From the NCBI GenBank assembly GCA_951406725.2, contig OX597824.1, forward strand, positions 95,542,001-95,606,000: a DNA stretch of 64,000 nucleotides, given 5' to 3'. Numbering within the stretch: position 1 is the stretch's first letter; every line of letters starts with the position of its first letter. A model generated the notes under the pieces. That model had not been told where the DNA came from. It saw only the letters and a program-made list of their open reading frames with translations, and did no database searches. Source of the stretch: Octopus vulgaris. Its lineage: Eukaryota. Made by a program: the position numbers and the translations under genes. Shown in pieces: positions 25,664 to 39,214 of this stretch.

Positions 25664-28132
25664 CAGTGGTTCCCATCCTGTTGTCTGCAGAACACCTGGT
25701 GGTCCGTGGATCCCTAGTGGTCACAAAAGGTAATACTGGGGATCCATGAACATGTTAAGCTGACGGACCTTTCAATATCCTGGGGTCCGTGGCAAAACTC
25801 ATTTAAATAAAAGTGGTGAAAAGAAAGAGGCTTGGAGAAGCCATTATGAAAGACTGCTGAATGTGGAGAATAAATGGGAGGAGGAGAGCCTGCCAAATGT
25901 TGACCCAGTAGAGGGACCAGCTATCCGAATAGACAGCTCCCTTGTAGTTAAGGCAATTAAGGGTATGAAACCAGGTAAAGCCCCCGGTCCATCAGGAATC
26001 ACTGCTGAGATGCTTAAAACAGCTGGTTATGTGGGCCATGGCCTAGTCACCCGCATTGTAAACCAGGTAGTTCATAATGGAGTCATACCCAATGACTGGC
26101 GTAGCAGCACCATAGTCAACTGCTACAAGGGTAAGGGTGATGCTCTAGATAGAAATAACTACAGGGGTATTAAACTGTTGGATCAGGTGATGAAGGTCAC
26201 AGAGAGGGTCATAACCCATCTCATTAGGGTGAGAATTTACTTAGATGAGATGCAGTTCGGTTTTGTGCCAGGTAGAAGCACCACTGATGCTATATTCCTG
26301 GTCCGACAACTGCAGGAGAAGTACCTAGCTAAAGATAAACTCCTCTACATAGCTTTTGTGGACTTGGAGAAAGCCTTTGACAGGGTCCCCTGATCCCTTA
26401 TCTGGTGGTTGATGCGGAAACTGGAGATTGACGAATAGCTAATAAGGGCTGTACAGGCTCTATACAGAGAGGCTGTCAGCAAGGTTAGGATTGGCAACGA
26501 ATATAGTGAAGAATTCCGGGTAGAAGTAGGTGTACACCAGGGCTCAGCCCTCAGTCCCCTTTTATTCATCATAGTCCTCCAGACAATAACAGAGGAATTC
26601 AAAACAGGTTGCCCCTGGGAGCTCCTCTATGCTGATGACCTGGCGCTCATAGCAGAATCACTACCGGAACTAGAAAAAAAATTTTGGGTGTGAAAGCAAG
26701 GGTTAGAATCAAAGGGCCTTAGAGTAAATGTAGCAAAGACCAAAGTTATAGTAAGCAGAAAGGCGAACTCAGCACCCCCCCCCCCGGGCAGGTGGCCCTG
26801 CTCGATCCGTAGGAAAGGTGTAGGTAGAAACTCCATTAGATGTACCCAGTGTAAGCTATGGACGCATAAGAGGTGCAGCAACATCAAAGGGAAATTAACT
26901 GATAAGATAGCTTTCATGTGCGGCAGATGCACAGGGACAATAGACACCACAGATACTCAGAAAACAGATTCCATCACACTCCAGGGGAAGAAACTAGAAG
27001 TAGTTGATAGTTTCCGCTACCTGGGTGACCAAGTTAGTAGTGGAGGTGGATGCTCAGAGAGTGTCACCACTAGAATATGAATAGCCTGGGCAAAGTTTAG
27101 AAAGCTCCTACCCCTACTGGCGACAAAGGGTCTCTCGCTCAGAGTGAAAGGTAGATTGTATGATGCATGTGTGTGAACTGCCATGCTTTACGGTAGTGAA
27201 ACATGGGCGGTGACTGCAGAGGACATGCATAGACTTGAAAGAAATGAAGCTAGCATGATCCGCTGGATGTGTAATGTCAGTGTGCGCGCACAACAGAGGG
27301 TAAGCACCCTGAGAGAAATGCTGGACATAAGAAGCATCAGATGTGGTGTGCAAGAGCAACGCTTGCAATGGTATGGTCATGTACTGCGAATGGATGAGGA
27401 GAGATGTGTGAAGAAGTGCCGCTCCCAAACAGTTGAAGGTATCAGGGGGAGAGGTAGACCCAGGAAGACATGGGATGAGGTAGTCAAACATGACCTCAGA
27501 GTGTTGGGCCTCGCAGAGGCAATGACAAAGGACCAAGATCTCTGGAGATATGCTGTGACTGCAAAGACCCGGGCTGCTTCCTGCACCAGTCCCACATAGC
27601 CCCTGCCCATTCAAAGTACCTTGGACTCCAGAACATCCCGCTGTACTTGAGGAGACCTGTTGAGTCAAGTACATGAGCATCGAAATAAATATCAATGGAA
27701 ATAGTAGTTGTGACACCTGTGCCGGTGGCACATAAAAAGCACCATCCGAACGTGGACGATGCCAGCGCCGCCTCGACTGGCTTCTGTGCCAGTGGCACAT
27801 AAAAAGCATCATCCGAACGTGGACGATGCCAGCGCCGCCTTGACTGGCTTCCGTGCCGGTGGCACGTTAAAAGCACCAACCGATCGTGGCCGATGCCAGA
27901 CTCCCCTGGCACCTGTGCCGGTGGCACGTAAAAAGCACCCACTACACTTGTGGAGTGGTTGGCGTTAGGAAGGGCATCCAGCTGTAGAAACACTGCCAGA
28001 TCAGACTGGAGCCTGGTACAGCCTCCTGGCTTCCCAGACCCCGGTCGAACTGTCCAACCCGTGCCAGCGCGGAAAACGGACGTTAAAACGATGATGATGA
28101 GTCCTTGGTAGTGAAAAGGTTGGGAACCACTG
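25664..28132. mobile_element. hAT (Charlie-like) MITE split by an RTE insertion
   Basis: TIRs CAGTGGTTCCCA (25664) / TGGGAACCACTG (28132); imperfect 8-bp TSD ACCTAGAG / ATTTAGAG. Confidence 0.75.
25818..28100 (+). mobile_element. 5'-truncated, pseudogenised RTE-clade LINE (RT domain, 3' UTR, (GAT)n tail), antisense in NENF intron 1
   Basis: KAPGPSGI, NYRGIKLL, QFGFVPGRST, FVDLEKAFDRVP, GVHQGSALSP, LLYADDL (~26622-26642), MLYGSETW, RGRPRKTW; in-frame stops at e.g. 26391, 26436, 26691. Confidence 0.95.
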
Positions 28133-28395
28133 ATTTAGAGTGTTGCACTCACAGTCATAAGATTGTGGTTTCAATTCCTGGACCGGGCGATGAATTGTGT
28201 TCTTGAGCCAAACACTTCATTTCACATTGCTCCAGTCCCCTCAGCTGGTACAGATGAGTAACCTTAAAAAAGGAGAAGCTAAAGTTTTCTTCTCTAGTCA
28301 TGCCAACACATAGGGGCCGGTTTCCCAGTTCATGGCTTATATGTTCCTCACCTGGGCGGGAAATTCAAAGATACGTGTATGTGTGTGTGTGGTGT

Positions 28396-28437
<42 letters not shown>

Positions 28438-29315
28438 TGTGTGTTGACATCCTTCATCTTTGCTTGAGAGAGACAATAACAATGTTTCCATTATTTTTGT
28501 AACAACATGTCGGGTTGCTTTGTGTTTTCGAAGACCTTGTGACATAAAAGAAGACTTACAAAGGGAAACAGGTAATGATTGATGGAAAGAAGAACATTCA
28601 GCAGTAAACTCCTGCCTCAGACATCTCTATCTAACCCATGCCAGCATGGAAAAACAGATGTTAAACAAGCAAACAAGTGAAATCTGTTTAGAAATTCCAT
28701 TTAACGGGATAATCTGAAATATAACCATGGAAACATGTCATGTCTTTCTCCAGATTCATTTTCATCTTTTATCATTTTTTTGTTTCAGTTATTTAGCTGT
28801 GGCCATGCTGGAGCACCACCACAAAGGTACTTATTCTAAATCTGGTACTTATTCCATCAGTCTCTCTTGATGGACTACTAAGATATCGGGACATAAACAA
28901 ACCAACACTGGTTGTCAAACAGTAGGAAGTGGGAGGGAAGACAAGCACACACACACACACACATACACATGCATACATGGACAGACACACAGACACACAC
29001 AAACACAGACACAAACACACACACACAGAGTTAAAGGATGAAGACAATTATGTTGATTTAGCAGAGTGGTTCTCTTTCCCTATGGACCCCTTTCATCCCT
29101 ATTTTTCCCAGGTGCACCCCCATAGCCATTTGGTCTTTAAGAATCCTTTTGTACTTTCATAATTAAATTACCATTAGTAATCATATAAACAAACTCATTA
29201 AAATATTTTTTTGTATTATAGAAATAAAACCAATGACCAAATCTTATAAAGACCCCACCAAAATTTTTAATAAATGGCACGTATAATGGAAAATTTCAGA
29301 AGACTTTGTACTCAC

Positions 29316-29462
29316 ATCAGACCCTCCATAGTCTTTGAGTTCGTCTGCAGTAAATATCTTCACTGGTACAATTCCTTTAAAGTCTCTAATTATGTCGTAT
29401 GGTATTGGGATTTTCTCAGTCGCAACAACAGACAAAAACAGGAAGATTATCGTCGTTGTCAT
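29316..29462 (-). CDS. NENF: Neudesin coding exon 1 (signal peptide)
   Basis: ATG 29462 with in-frame upstream stop; MTTTIIFLFLSVVATE...PVKIFTADELKDYGGSD (human PVRLFTEEELARYGGEE); GTGAG donor at 29315, phase 0. Spliced CDS 147+61+110+147 nt = 154 aa. Confidence 0.92.
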
Positions 29463-29869
29463 GGTTATATGTAAGAATATCTTGTGTTGCTCAGAGTCGA
29501 AGAATAATGGTTGGAATGAATGCGGTAGCCAATGACATTAGTGGAAAGGTAACAGCTCTTGGACTGGTATTAGCTACTTAAAACACATTCGTTACGTGAA
29601 GAGTTTAATCAAATAAAACAATATTTAACCAGTAATCACACTAATCAAATAGACACACAGAAACGGTTTGAATAAACAGCAAATATCCCAGAATACACAG
29701 TGAGTGCTTATTCGTCAAGAATCTGAGATGAGCTGTGTACACACAGACACACACACACACACACATATTTTCCTCAAGAATTTAGCCTCTCTCACTCTGT
29801 CTGTCTCTCTGCCTTTCTGTCTCTCACTGGGCTTCATCTTCACTAAATGTATGTATGTATGTATGTGTC

Positions 29870-29902
<33 letters not shown>

Positions 29903-29993
29903 GTGAGTATGTGTATGTATGTATGTGTCATATGTATTCATATATATATATTTAAATGTATGACGTGTGTATGTTTGTATGGCTCTATGCATA

Positions 29994-30049
<56 letters not shown>

Positions 30050-30714
30050 GTTGAAACACTCCTGTCACAACCTGGGACCTTGAAGACTGCTTAAATGCAA
30101 GAAAGTATACTAGTCCCTTAATATTTGATATTCAATATTTCATCTATTCAATAAGACAATCAATACTTCACTTCATTTTACTATATATACTATTTACACT
30201 GGGGTTATGGATGTGTACTTGCATAGCAAGTGACCTGATCTGAAATCGTGTGCTGGAATGAAAACAATTGCAGCGTGGAAGGTGTTTATAAGCCATTTAA
30301 GAAACACACAAAAACCGTTAGATTCACTTCAACATTTAAATTTAATTTGTCAAAATATTTCCGTCGCTTTGAGACCGCAACCTCTTCACTGACAAAACTT
30401 CGTGCAGCATCTCAGTGTATTTATACTATATATTCTATATTCTACATTAATATTATAAAGAATATAAATAAAACATAAAAAGCAGACAGAGTTGGAATTC
30501 CTTTGAATAATATATACGTATACATATATATTGTCAGTTGACCAAAAAAAGCTGGTATGTCTGTCAAAACTGAAGTTCAAGCATTCTAATAATTAGCTAA
30601 CTTTAGTCTGTCCCTTGCACATGTCTCAATAGACACTTGACGCTTCAGTATTGTATGGCAAGAAGTTGCAAAGAAACAAACTGCATGTTGTTGGGTTCTT
30701 GGGATCAGCCTGAG

Positions 30715-30900
30715 AATGGAGAACCAAAATGAATATGTTGTGCTTTTTTGTTTCAAAAATGGGCAAGAAAATGGCAGAAATCAGCAGGAAGATATGTGCT
30801 GTCCCTGGAGAGGATTCTGTGTGCCAAAAGTGGTTTTCAAGATTTCTATCAGGACATATTTTGTTCCTCACTCTGGCTGACCAACTGAGATTAACAGTGG
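30715..30900 (+). mobile_element. Mariner (Mos1/SETMAR-type) N-terminal HTH remnant
   Basis: KMGKKMAEISRKICAVPGEDSVCQKWFSRFLSG. Confidence 0.65.
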
Positions 30901-33109
30901 CAAAATTATACGACCAGAATGATCATAGATGTTCTCTTGATATGCTCATTTATATCCAACATGTGAAGGCACATGGCTCAGTGGTTAGGGCATCAGGCTC
31001 ACAATCATGAAGTAGTGAGTTCAATTCCTGGACCAGGCTATGTGCTGTGTTCTCGAGCAAGACACTTTATTTCATGTTGCTCGAGTTCACTTAGCAGTAG
31101 AAATGAGTTGCAATGTCTCTGGTGCCAAGCTGTATTGGCCTTTGCCTTTCCATTGAGAAAAGAGGTTGGTCTTCCATAGACAACCTTGTCCCCGGATTGG
31201 TGCCTTGGAGAAGAGCCTTCTAGGTGCAACCCAATGGTCATTCATGACCAAAGAGGATCTTTACCTTTTTACAACCATCATATGATGTCTAGACAAGGAC
31301 ACATACAAACACACATGCATGCCATGCATACACACACACACATATACATATATATGACAGGCTTCTTTCAGTTTCAGCCTACCAAATCCACTCACAAGGC
31401 TTTGGTCAGCCTGAGGCTATAGTAGAAGACACTTGCCCAGTGGGACTGAACCTGGAACCATGTGGTTGGTAAGCAAGCTACTTACCACACAGCCACTCCT
31501 ATGCCTAGATGACAAAGATTACAAATAAAATAGTCTTTTCCCCCTTCAACAAAAAAAAACCCCAAAAAAAACCAAATTGAATATACCAACACTTCAAAGA
31601 ATTGTCGGTAGCTACCGCTGTCCACCATTTTCCTTACTTTTTTCTTCCCTTAGTCATTTACACAACTTTCAAGTCCCATGGACTGAAAGATCGAAATTCT
31701 CCCTATATTTTTATGAGATTGTTTTTGAATCATGGGTTTTTTTTTTCTTAAAGGGGAAAATTACTATTTTATTCAAAACTAGCAAATGCACCTGTCCTTT
31801 GGTGGTATTTTTTTCACCAAATAATCGAACTTCCTAAAAGGTTTATGCGTAACACGGCAATCTATGTTTCCGATTGACCTAGGAACGGATATTCAAATTG
31901 AAGGCTGGTTATTGTGGATGTCGTTTCACTTTAATGATCATAGAACATACAAGTTTGCAAGCGATGCAAAGTAGAGATACCGAAGTGTTTCGTGGGGTAG
32001 ATTACGGATAACAAAGGCGGCGAGATGGCAGAATCGTTAGCACGGCGGACGAAATGCTAAGCAGTATTTCGTCTGTCTTTACGTTCTGAGTTAAAATTCC
32101 GCCAAGGTCGACTTTACCTTTCATCCTTTCGGGGTCGATAAATTAAGTACCAGTTACGCACTGGGATCTATATAATCGACTTAATACCTATGTCTGTCCT
32201 TGTTTGTCCCCTCTGTGTTTAGCCCCTTGTGGGTAATAAAGAAATAGGTATTTCGTCTGTCTTTACGTTCTGAGTTCAAATTCCGCCGATGTCGACTTTG
32301 CCTTTCATCCTTTCGGGGTCGATAAATTAAGTAGAAAAACTACAAAATATAGTTGTTTTACATGAAAGAGAAAATTCTTGTCAGAGACAACCACAGAAAT
32401 GGTGTAAGGAAATTGAAGGAAGATGTTGAAACTTCCCCTCTGTGAGTTTATTTTATTTAACAGCAAAGGGGGCTATTTTTTTGAAGAGACAAACTAACAA
32501 AAGCCCCTTTATTCCGTCTTTCCACATAGTCTGCACAGAAACCAGCCGCATAAAGTTAAATTGGGGAGGATCTTTCCGGAAGTCATATGAAGCTTTCGCA
32601 GGTGGAAGCAAACCTCTTGTTTAAAGGTTGATTATTTAAAGGGATGAATCATGGGAGATTGTTTCAAAAGGGCTGGAACGACAATGCTAAAACGTATTTG
32701 AAACATTAGACAACAGTCGAAATATCACAATGGATGGGTAAATAAGCATCCTTCAAGTGAAACCTTGCAATGGTAGGGAAACAAATAGAAGAGAGGGAAG
32801 GGAACATTACCTTTCAATTAACTCAGAATAGGTAAAGGTAAGCTTACCTAAGTTTAACGCACTTTAAATATGGAGATTAAGATTGTTTGGTGTCGGATAT
32901 TCTTCGCTTAGAATGTTCCTAGTCAATTTAATAACCGTTGAAGTTGGACAGTGGAAAAGAATGGACGAAATCCTTTCACTTTTATAAAGAGTAAAAAAAG
33001 TATGGAAGACCCTACATACAAAAAAAAAAACTATGTCCATTTACATCTATTTATCTATCTATCTATCTGTGTGTGTGTGTGTGTTTGTGTGTGTATGTGT
33101 GCGTGTGTA

Positions 33110-34060
33110 TGCTTTGTGGGAGCAACTGTTTTCTCGAAGACATATCTTGTCGTAATTGCTCGAAATATGGAATAGATAAACAGCTGACAACTGATGAAGG
33201 GTCGTTCTTTATGTTACTTGTTTTGTTTTCCATTTGTTTCTTTCATTGTTCACAAAAATGAGTTCGTATTTTATATTTCATGTTGTTTATATTTTATGAT
33301 GTCCTGTACCCATATATGCATATGTATATACATATATGTATGTATATATGCATATGTATATATATTATTTATATTATTATATGATTGAATGCCATGCATC
33401 CATTTCCAAGTAAGTATATCTTAATTCCGATGTGACTCTCCCTTCCTTTCTCTAATTCTTTTTATCTCCCCTTTCGTTCTTCCTCCTCCTTTTTCTAATT
33501 CTTTCCCTCTCCCCTTCACCATTCTCTGTCTGTCCTTCTCACTCTTCCTTTACTTTCTTGTTGCTCACACGTGACCATTGGCCATCTTTCTTTCCTTACC
33601 TTGAGCTTCTTTCTTTCCTTTTAATCTGCCACACAGATCGTAAAATTTTTATCTGTATCCTCACTTATCTTTTCTCCTGTCAAAACTTGTTCCTCCAGCA
33701 TTCGCCACCTCACTTCATTATAGCTTAGCAGCCCTTACTGTTTGTTTTCACTATCTAGTTTTTGGTACCAACTTTGATCCTCCACAAATCCCAAATTTTA
33801 CTTTGCTTTGCGGGAGCAACTGTTTTCTCGAAGACACATCTTGTTGTAATTGCTCAAAATGTGGAGTAGATAAAACAGCCGATGACTGATGAAGGGTCGT
33901 TCTTTATGTTACTTATCCTGTTTTTTTATTTGTTTCTTTCATTGTTCGCAGAAAAAGTTTGTATTCCATGTTTTTGTATTTCGTATTTCATATTGTTTAC
34001 ATTTTATGACATCCTGTACCCATATATGCATATGTATATACATATATATGTATGTAGATA
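33110..34060 (+). mobile_element. Direct repeat pair (~250 bp) flanking a pyrimidine-rich spacer; Penelope-like pseudo-LTR arrangement
   Basis: 33110-33360 is similar to 33804-34055 (GGGAGCAACTGTTTTCTCGAAGACA...ACTGATGAAGGGTCGTTCTTTATGTTACTT). Confidence 0.65.
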
Positions 34061-34073
34061 TACACACAGACAC

Positions 34074-34106
<33 letters not shown>

Positions 34107-34888
34107 CTGAAATGCTGAAACCCCCTTCGGTCATGGATGCCCATGGGATTGCACCTAGAAAGTTACCCTCCTAGACACAAGTCCGGGCAAGGTTGTTTAT
34201 GGAAGACCAGCAGTCACCCATGCATACCAGCCTTTCCTCTCCACGCCACCAGTGTTATCCAAGGGAAAGGCAATGGCTGATACAGCTTGGCACCTGTGAT
34301 GTCGCAACTTATTTCTACAGCTGAGTGAACTGGAGCAACGTGAAATAAAGTGTCTTGCTCAAGAACACAACATGCAGCTTGGCCTGGGATTCGAACTCAC
34401 AACCCCACAATCGTAAGTTCGACACTCTAACCACTGAGCCATGTGCCTTCACTATATATATTCATACATCAATACATATATATATATATTAGATGGCTAT
34501 ATCTACATTTGTTTACCCCACTGCTTAACAGTGTTGGTTTGTTTACGACCCTTGTAACTTACTAGTTCAGCAAAAGAAGCTGACAGATTAAATAACATCA
34601 TCGTCATCCTCAACATCATCATTTAATATCTGTCTTCCATACTGGCATGGGTTGGACAGTTTGGCAGGAGTTATCAGGCCAGGGAGCAGCACCTTGCACC
34701 CTCGTTTCTACGGCTGGACGACGCACATCCTAACACCAACCACTTTACAGAGTGGCACTGGGTGTTGTTTAAGGTGGTGCCCCAGCATGGCCACAGTTCA
34801 ATGGCTGGAACACGTAAAAGACAAAAGACACAAGTCATGCTCATTTGATATTCTGAATAAAAACAAATTCCGATTCTTATAAAACGTA

Positions 34889-34894
34889 TTTATT
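34889..34894 (-). terminator. Candidate polyadenylation signal of CCDC167
   Basis: AATAAA on the minus strand ~38 nt after the stop codon. Confidence 0.5.
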
Positions 34895-34931
34895 TTGTAT
34901 AGCTTTACATTGAATATTCTGCCGGAAGCAG

Positions 34932-35038
34932 TCATCTGATGTGAATGATTGCATATATTATACATAGGATTCCAAAGAAAATAGCTGCCAGCACCATACT
35001 TTTGATGTTTTCATATTGAAGAGCCGTTAATTCTTTCT
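34932..35038 (-). CDS. CCDC167: CCDC167 exon 4 (terminal, C-terminal transmembrane helix)
   Basis: Strong pyrimidine tract + TAG 35039-35041; (E)KELTALQYENIKSMVLAAIFFGILCIIYAIIHIR*; human [25 protein letters not shown]. Confidence 0.9.
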
Positions 35039-35245
35039 CTACAAAAAAGGAAAAAAAAAAAGAAAAAATTATTCAGTATCCAAATGACAGAAGATAAAGA
35101 AATGCCAAACAGGTAAGGCATAATACGAAAAGCTGGAATTCAGAATTTGAATGTGTAGATAGAGGCTGACACATTTTTCTTGCTGGTCGGGACAAATGTA
35201 AGCCCCAAGGTATGTTTTTTTGTGTCTATGTGTATCTTCAGGAAT

Positions 35246-35306
35246 ATTCTCCTGAAGAGAAGAAAGGTACCTTTAGATTCCTAACTTCGAAATTGCAATA
35301 GGGAAT
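35246..35306 (+). ncRNA. Minimal type I hammerhead ribozyme motif
   Basis: Stem I ATTCTC/GGGAAT; core CTGAAGA 35252-35258; stem II GAAG/CTTC; GAAA 35289-35292; palindromic stem III ATTGCAAT; cleavage triplet AUA ending 35300. Confidence 0.72.
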
Positions 35307-35970
35307 TAACCTTTTATTCCTAAGTTTTGAATTTTATGTCACATCGCCCACGACAGCTTTATTGTGAAGAGATAGAATGCAAGTGCTTACAATGGCCTTA
35401 TGGTGGGTTTGACTAGTGTTTTTGGACATGCAAGGGTTTTTGCACCGTTCCCCTTTATAATTGTGATTTATTCATCAGCTGTCCCATATGTGTGTGTATA
35501 TAAAGTTAATATAGACACCAGATTACAATGTTTCGCCAAAAATGAGAATTAAAAATGTCACTAAATGCGACTAGCGTGTTAGGAAACACCAATATTGCTA
35601 GAAATAAGAGCTAAACCGCTCTAATACTGCATTTAATGCACATGAATGAAAACACACTAACAGGGACCATAACTGTCCAAAAAGTGGTTCCTGTTGGTGT
35701 ACAAACGCATTACAATATACATTCATTGTATATTGTAATGTAGTGATTGACGATTTAAAATCTGTTCACAGCATATTGGCATGGAAATATTTTTTCTTTT
35801 GCCCTTGTTTATAAATTGTTTATAGTTTTCACCTTTAAAGGTATTTTAAAATGCTGCCACTTATTGATGAAATTTTTCTGGAAAATTTTTTATCTTATAT
35901 TAGTAGTATATATATATATATATATATATACCAGCGATAATATTAATTTTATTTTATCGCAATTTGATTG

Positions 35971-36001
<31 letters not shown>

Positions 36002-36004
36002 ATG

Positions 36005-36062
<58 letters not shown>

Positions 36063-36697
36063 CATATATGTATGTATGTGTGTGTGTGTATCATCACCTT
36101 CATCATTTAACATCTGTTGTCCATGCTGGCAGGGATTGGATGGTTTGATGAGGGTGGCACGCTGGAAGGCTGCACCAGGCTCCAGTCTGATGATGATGAT
36201 GATGATGGTGGTGATGATGATGGTGTGTACATCTGACCCATGCAATCATGGAAAAGTAGACATTAAATTTATGATGATGAGGATGATGGTGGTGATGATG
36301 AGTGTATGTATACACCTGTTGCAATATGTTCCTTTGTACTGAGTTTTTAACTATTTGTAATCCTGCATTACTTATCTATTGCACCAGAGATCTAATAGAT
36401 GGTGCAGATAGTGTTACCCAGTGTGGTGCTTATCAGAACCGTCGTTAAATTTACAGTCCTCATTGTCATTGTCATTATCGTAATCATCGTTTTAACATCC
36501 ACTTTTCCCCTGCATGGGTCAGATGGAATTCGTTGAGGCAGAATATTAGTTAGAAAAGAGACAATTATATCAACTACAGACTACCAAATAAATACATGTA
36601 TTTAATATTCACTACAATAAGAATGAGTGAAAGGAGCTAAGTAAATGACAATCAGATTTTGATGGCTTTTAATTAAGCATCTTCAAATATTACCTAC

Positions 36698-36750
36698 CAT
36701 GTTTCTTAATTTGCTTTCGTAACCGGTCTTGACAGTCTAGAAAACTCAAC
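36698..36750 (-). CDS. CCDC167: CCDC167 exon 3
   Basis: TTCCTTTTCAG acceptor 36751-36753, GTAGGT donor 36697; 53 nt, (R)LSFLDCQDRLRKQIKKH(E); phases 2 and 1 join both neighbours in frame. Confidence 0.87.
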
Positions 36751-38098
36751 CTGAAAAGGAAAGAATAAAACAGGAGTTAAAAGAAAAAAATATCTTTATT
36801 GTTTGGAGAAATGTAAATCAGACCCTTGAGAAGGATTTCCAGTAACGATATATCATATTTGATGGTATATAAAATGCTCTTTTAGTCCCCACAAAAATGT
36901 CCCCAAAAATTCAACCTGGATCCTTTATATGAAGTTGGACCTATATTACAGGCTTTGAAGCACTAAAAACTCTTCCTTGAAATTGTGTGCAGCTGAGATT
37001 GGGATATTATTTAATATTCCTGTGTCTTTTGTGCCATCAAATACAAAACCTCCTCCAGGGTTTAGCTTCAGCCACCAACTCAGCTCAGGCAGAGAATGCT
37101 AAAAACGAATACAAAGATATTAGGTTTCAGCAAAAATGGAGAAATACATAAAAAACAAAAAAATAATAATAATGAAAAAGAAATATGAGCATGTTAAGAC
37201 AATAGTGTGGTTTGGTAAGGAATAATGAGGTGCAGGGAAGAATTTCTGGGTAACATCACAAATGTAAAGGAATAGATTTAGGTAAACATGAAAAGATAAG
37301 GGAAGAGTTCTGAGGTAAAACAGCAGGGGTGGGGATCAGAAAACATAACACAACAGGGTGGCTCTGAACAAAAATTGAAAATGTTTTATGGAATTGCGGA
37401 AGGAAATACAACATGCTTGCAATATGACTAAGAAGCAGAGAAATAACAAAGAGAATTCTTCATACGAACCATCACATCGTAGAGCTGTAACAGTTCAAGG
37501 ATGAACTACTAATAAGGGTATAATTAACTGAAGACAGAACTAATTAACAGAAATGAGAGTGAAGGATAAATAAATAAAACATTTTTTGTTGCATTTTGGG
37601 AGGGTCATTATGTTAATAATAAACACAACACTCAAAGATGGCAATCTGGCAGAAACGTTAGCAGGCCAGGTGAAATGCTTAGCGGTATTTTGTCTGTCTA
37701 TACGTTTTGAGTTCAAATTCCGCTGAGGTCGACTTTGCCTTTCAGCCTTTCGGGGTTGATAAATTAAGTACCAGTTGCGTACTGGAGTCGATCTAATCAA
37801 CTGGCCCTCTCTCCCCAAATTTCGGGCCTTGTGCCTACAGTAGAAAAGGATAAACCCAACACTGTTTCTGTTTTATTTCTTTAATAATTATTATTAATCA
37901 ATTCATCAATTATTTAACCAATAGGTGTAGGAGTGGCTGTGTGGTAAGTAGCTTGCTTATGAACTACATGGTTCCAGGTTCAATCCCACTGCGTGGTATC
38001 TTGGGCAAGAGTCTTCTACTATAGCCTCGGGCCAACCAAAGCCTTGTGAGTGGATTTGGTAGACGGAAACTGAAAGAAGCCCGTCGTATATATGTATA

Positions 38099-38199
<101 letters not shown>

Positions 38200-39173
38200 G
38201 TATGTGTGTGTGTATATGTTTGTGTGTCTGTGTTTGTCCTCCCAACATCGCTTGACAACCGATGCTGGTGTGTTTACGTCCCTGTAACTTAGTGGTTCGG
38301 CAAAAGATATTGATAGAATAAGTACTAGGCTTACAAATAATAAGTCCTGGGATCGATTTGCTCGACTAAAGACGGTGCTCCAGCATGGCCACAGTCAAAA
38401 TGACTGAAACAAGTAAAAGAGTATGGGTGAAATGCCGCTAAGCATTTTCTCTGGCATGCTAACAATTCTGCCAGCTTGCTGTCTTAGCTGACAAATAATG
38501 ATAATAATAATAATAATAATAATGATAATAATAAAAATAATAATAAAAGAAATGAAAAAGAACCAGTTCACATATGTTTTATTGGCATAATGATTCTGCC
38601 AAATAAGACAAAATCCATTTGAAAACACAAAGTTCACATCAAGAATCTCACAAAAATGAAATAAACGGTACAAAAGAGAAAAATTGGACAGTTCTTGTGT
38701 GGTGGTCAAAGGCCAGCTCTGATTGAGGATACCAAGAAAAAGAACCGGTAGATAGTACAGTAAAATGATAATTAAGGCTGTTTAGATAACGACTGGGAAA
38801 AGTCGAATAGGAAATACACTGAAGTAAAAAAAATGTTGTGAGAGGAAAATACCCAAAGGGTGAAAATAACCGAAAGAAAAAGCATGTGAGGAAATGTGGC
38901 AAAAATATCAATAATTTAATATAAAATTAAATTGGGAAAGAATGGGAAATACCAGAATAGTTTTAGATAAGAAACTCTGTACTGTGTAGCAGAGTTGCTC
39001 TTTTGAACCAGGAATGATAATTTAGAGATTAGCAACTGAGATTAGATGACTGCTAAAATGTTTTGTGTACTGGAATATAATGGTAAAGTGAAGCCCGTTC
39101 CATGTGTGTGTGTGTGTGTGTGTTCTCGCACACCACTTGAGAACTGGCATTGGTGTATTTACATCACTGTAAT

Positions 39174-39212
<39 letters not shown>

Positions 39213-39214
<2 letters not shown>

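Noticed and set aside
31575-31635. Possible extra NENF 5' exon (AAAATGGTGGACAGCGG...TTG|GTATAT)
   Set aside because: Weak donor, no clear matching acceptor, and NENF already has a start codon with a signal peptide.
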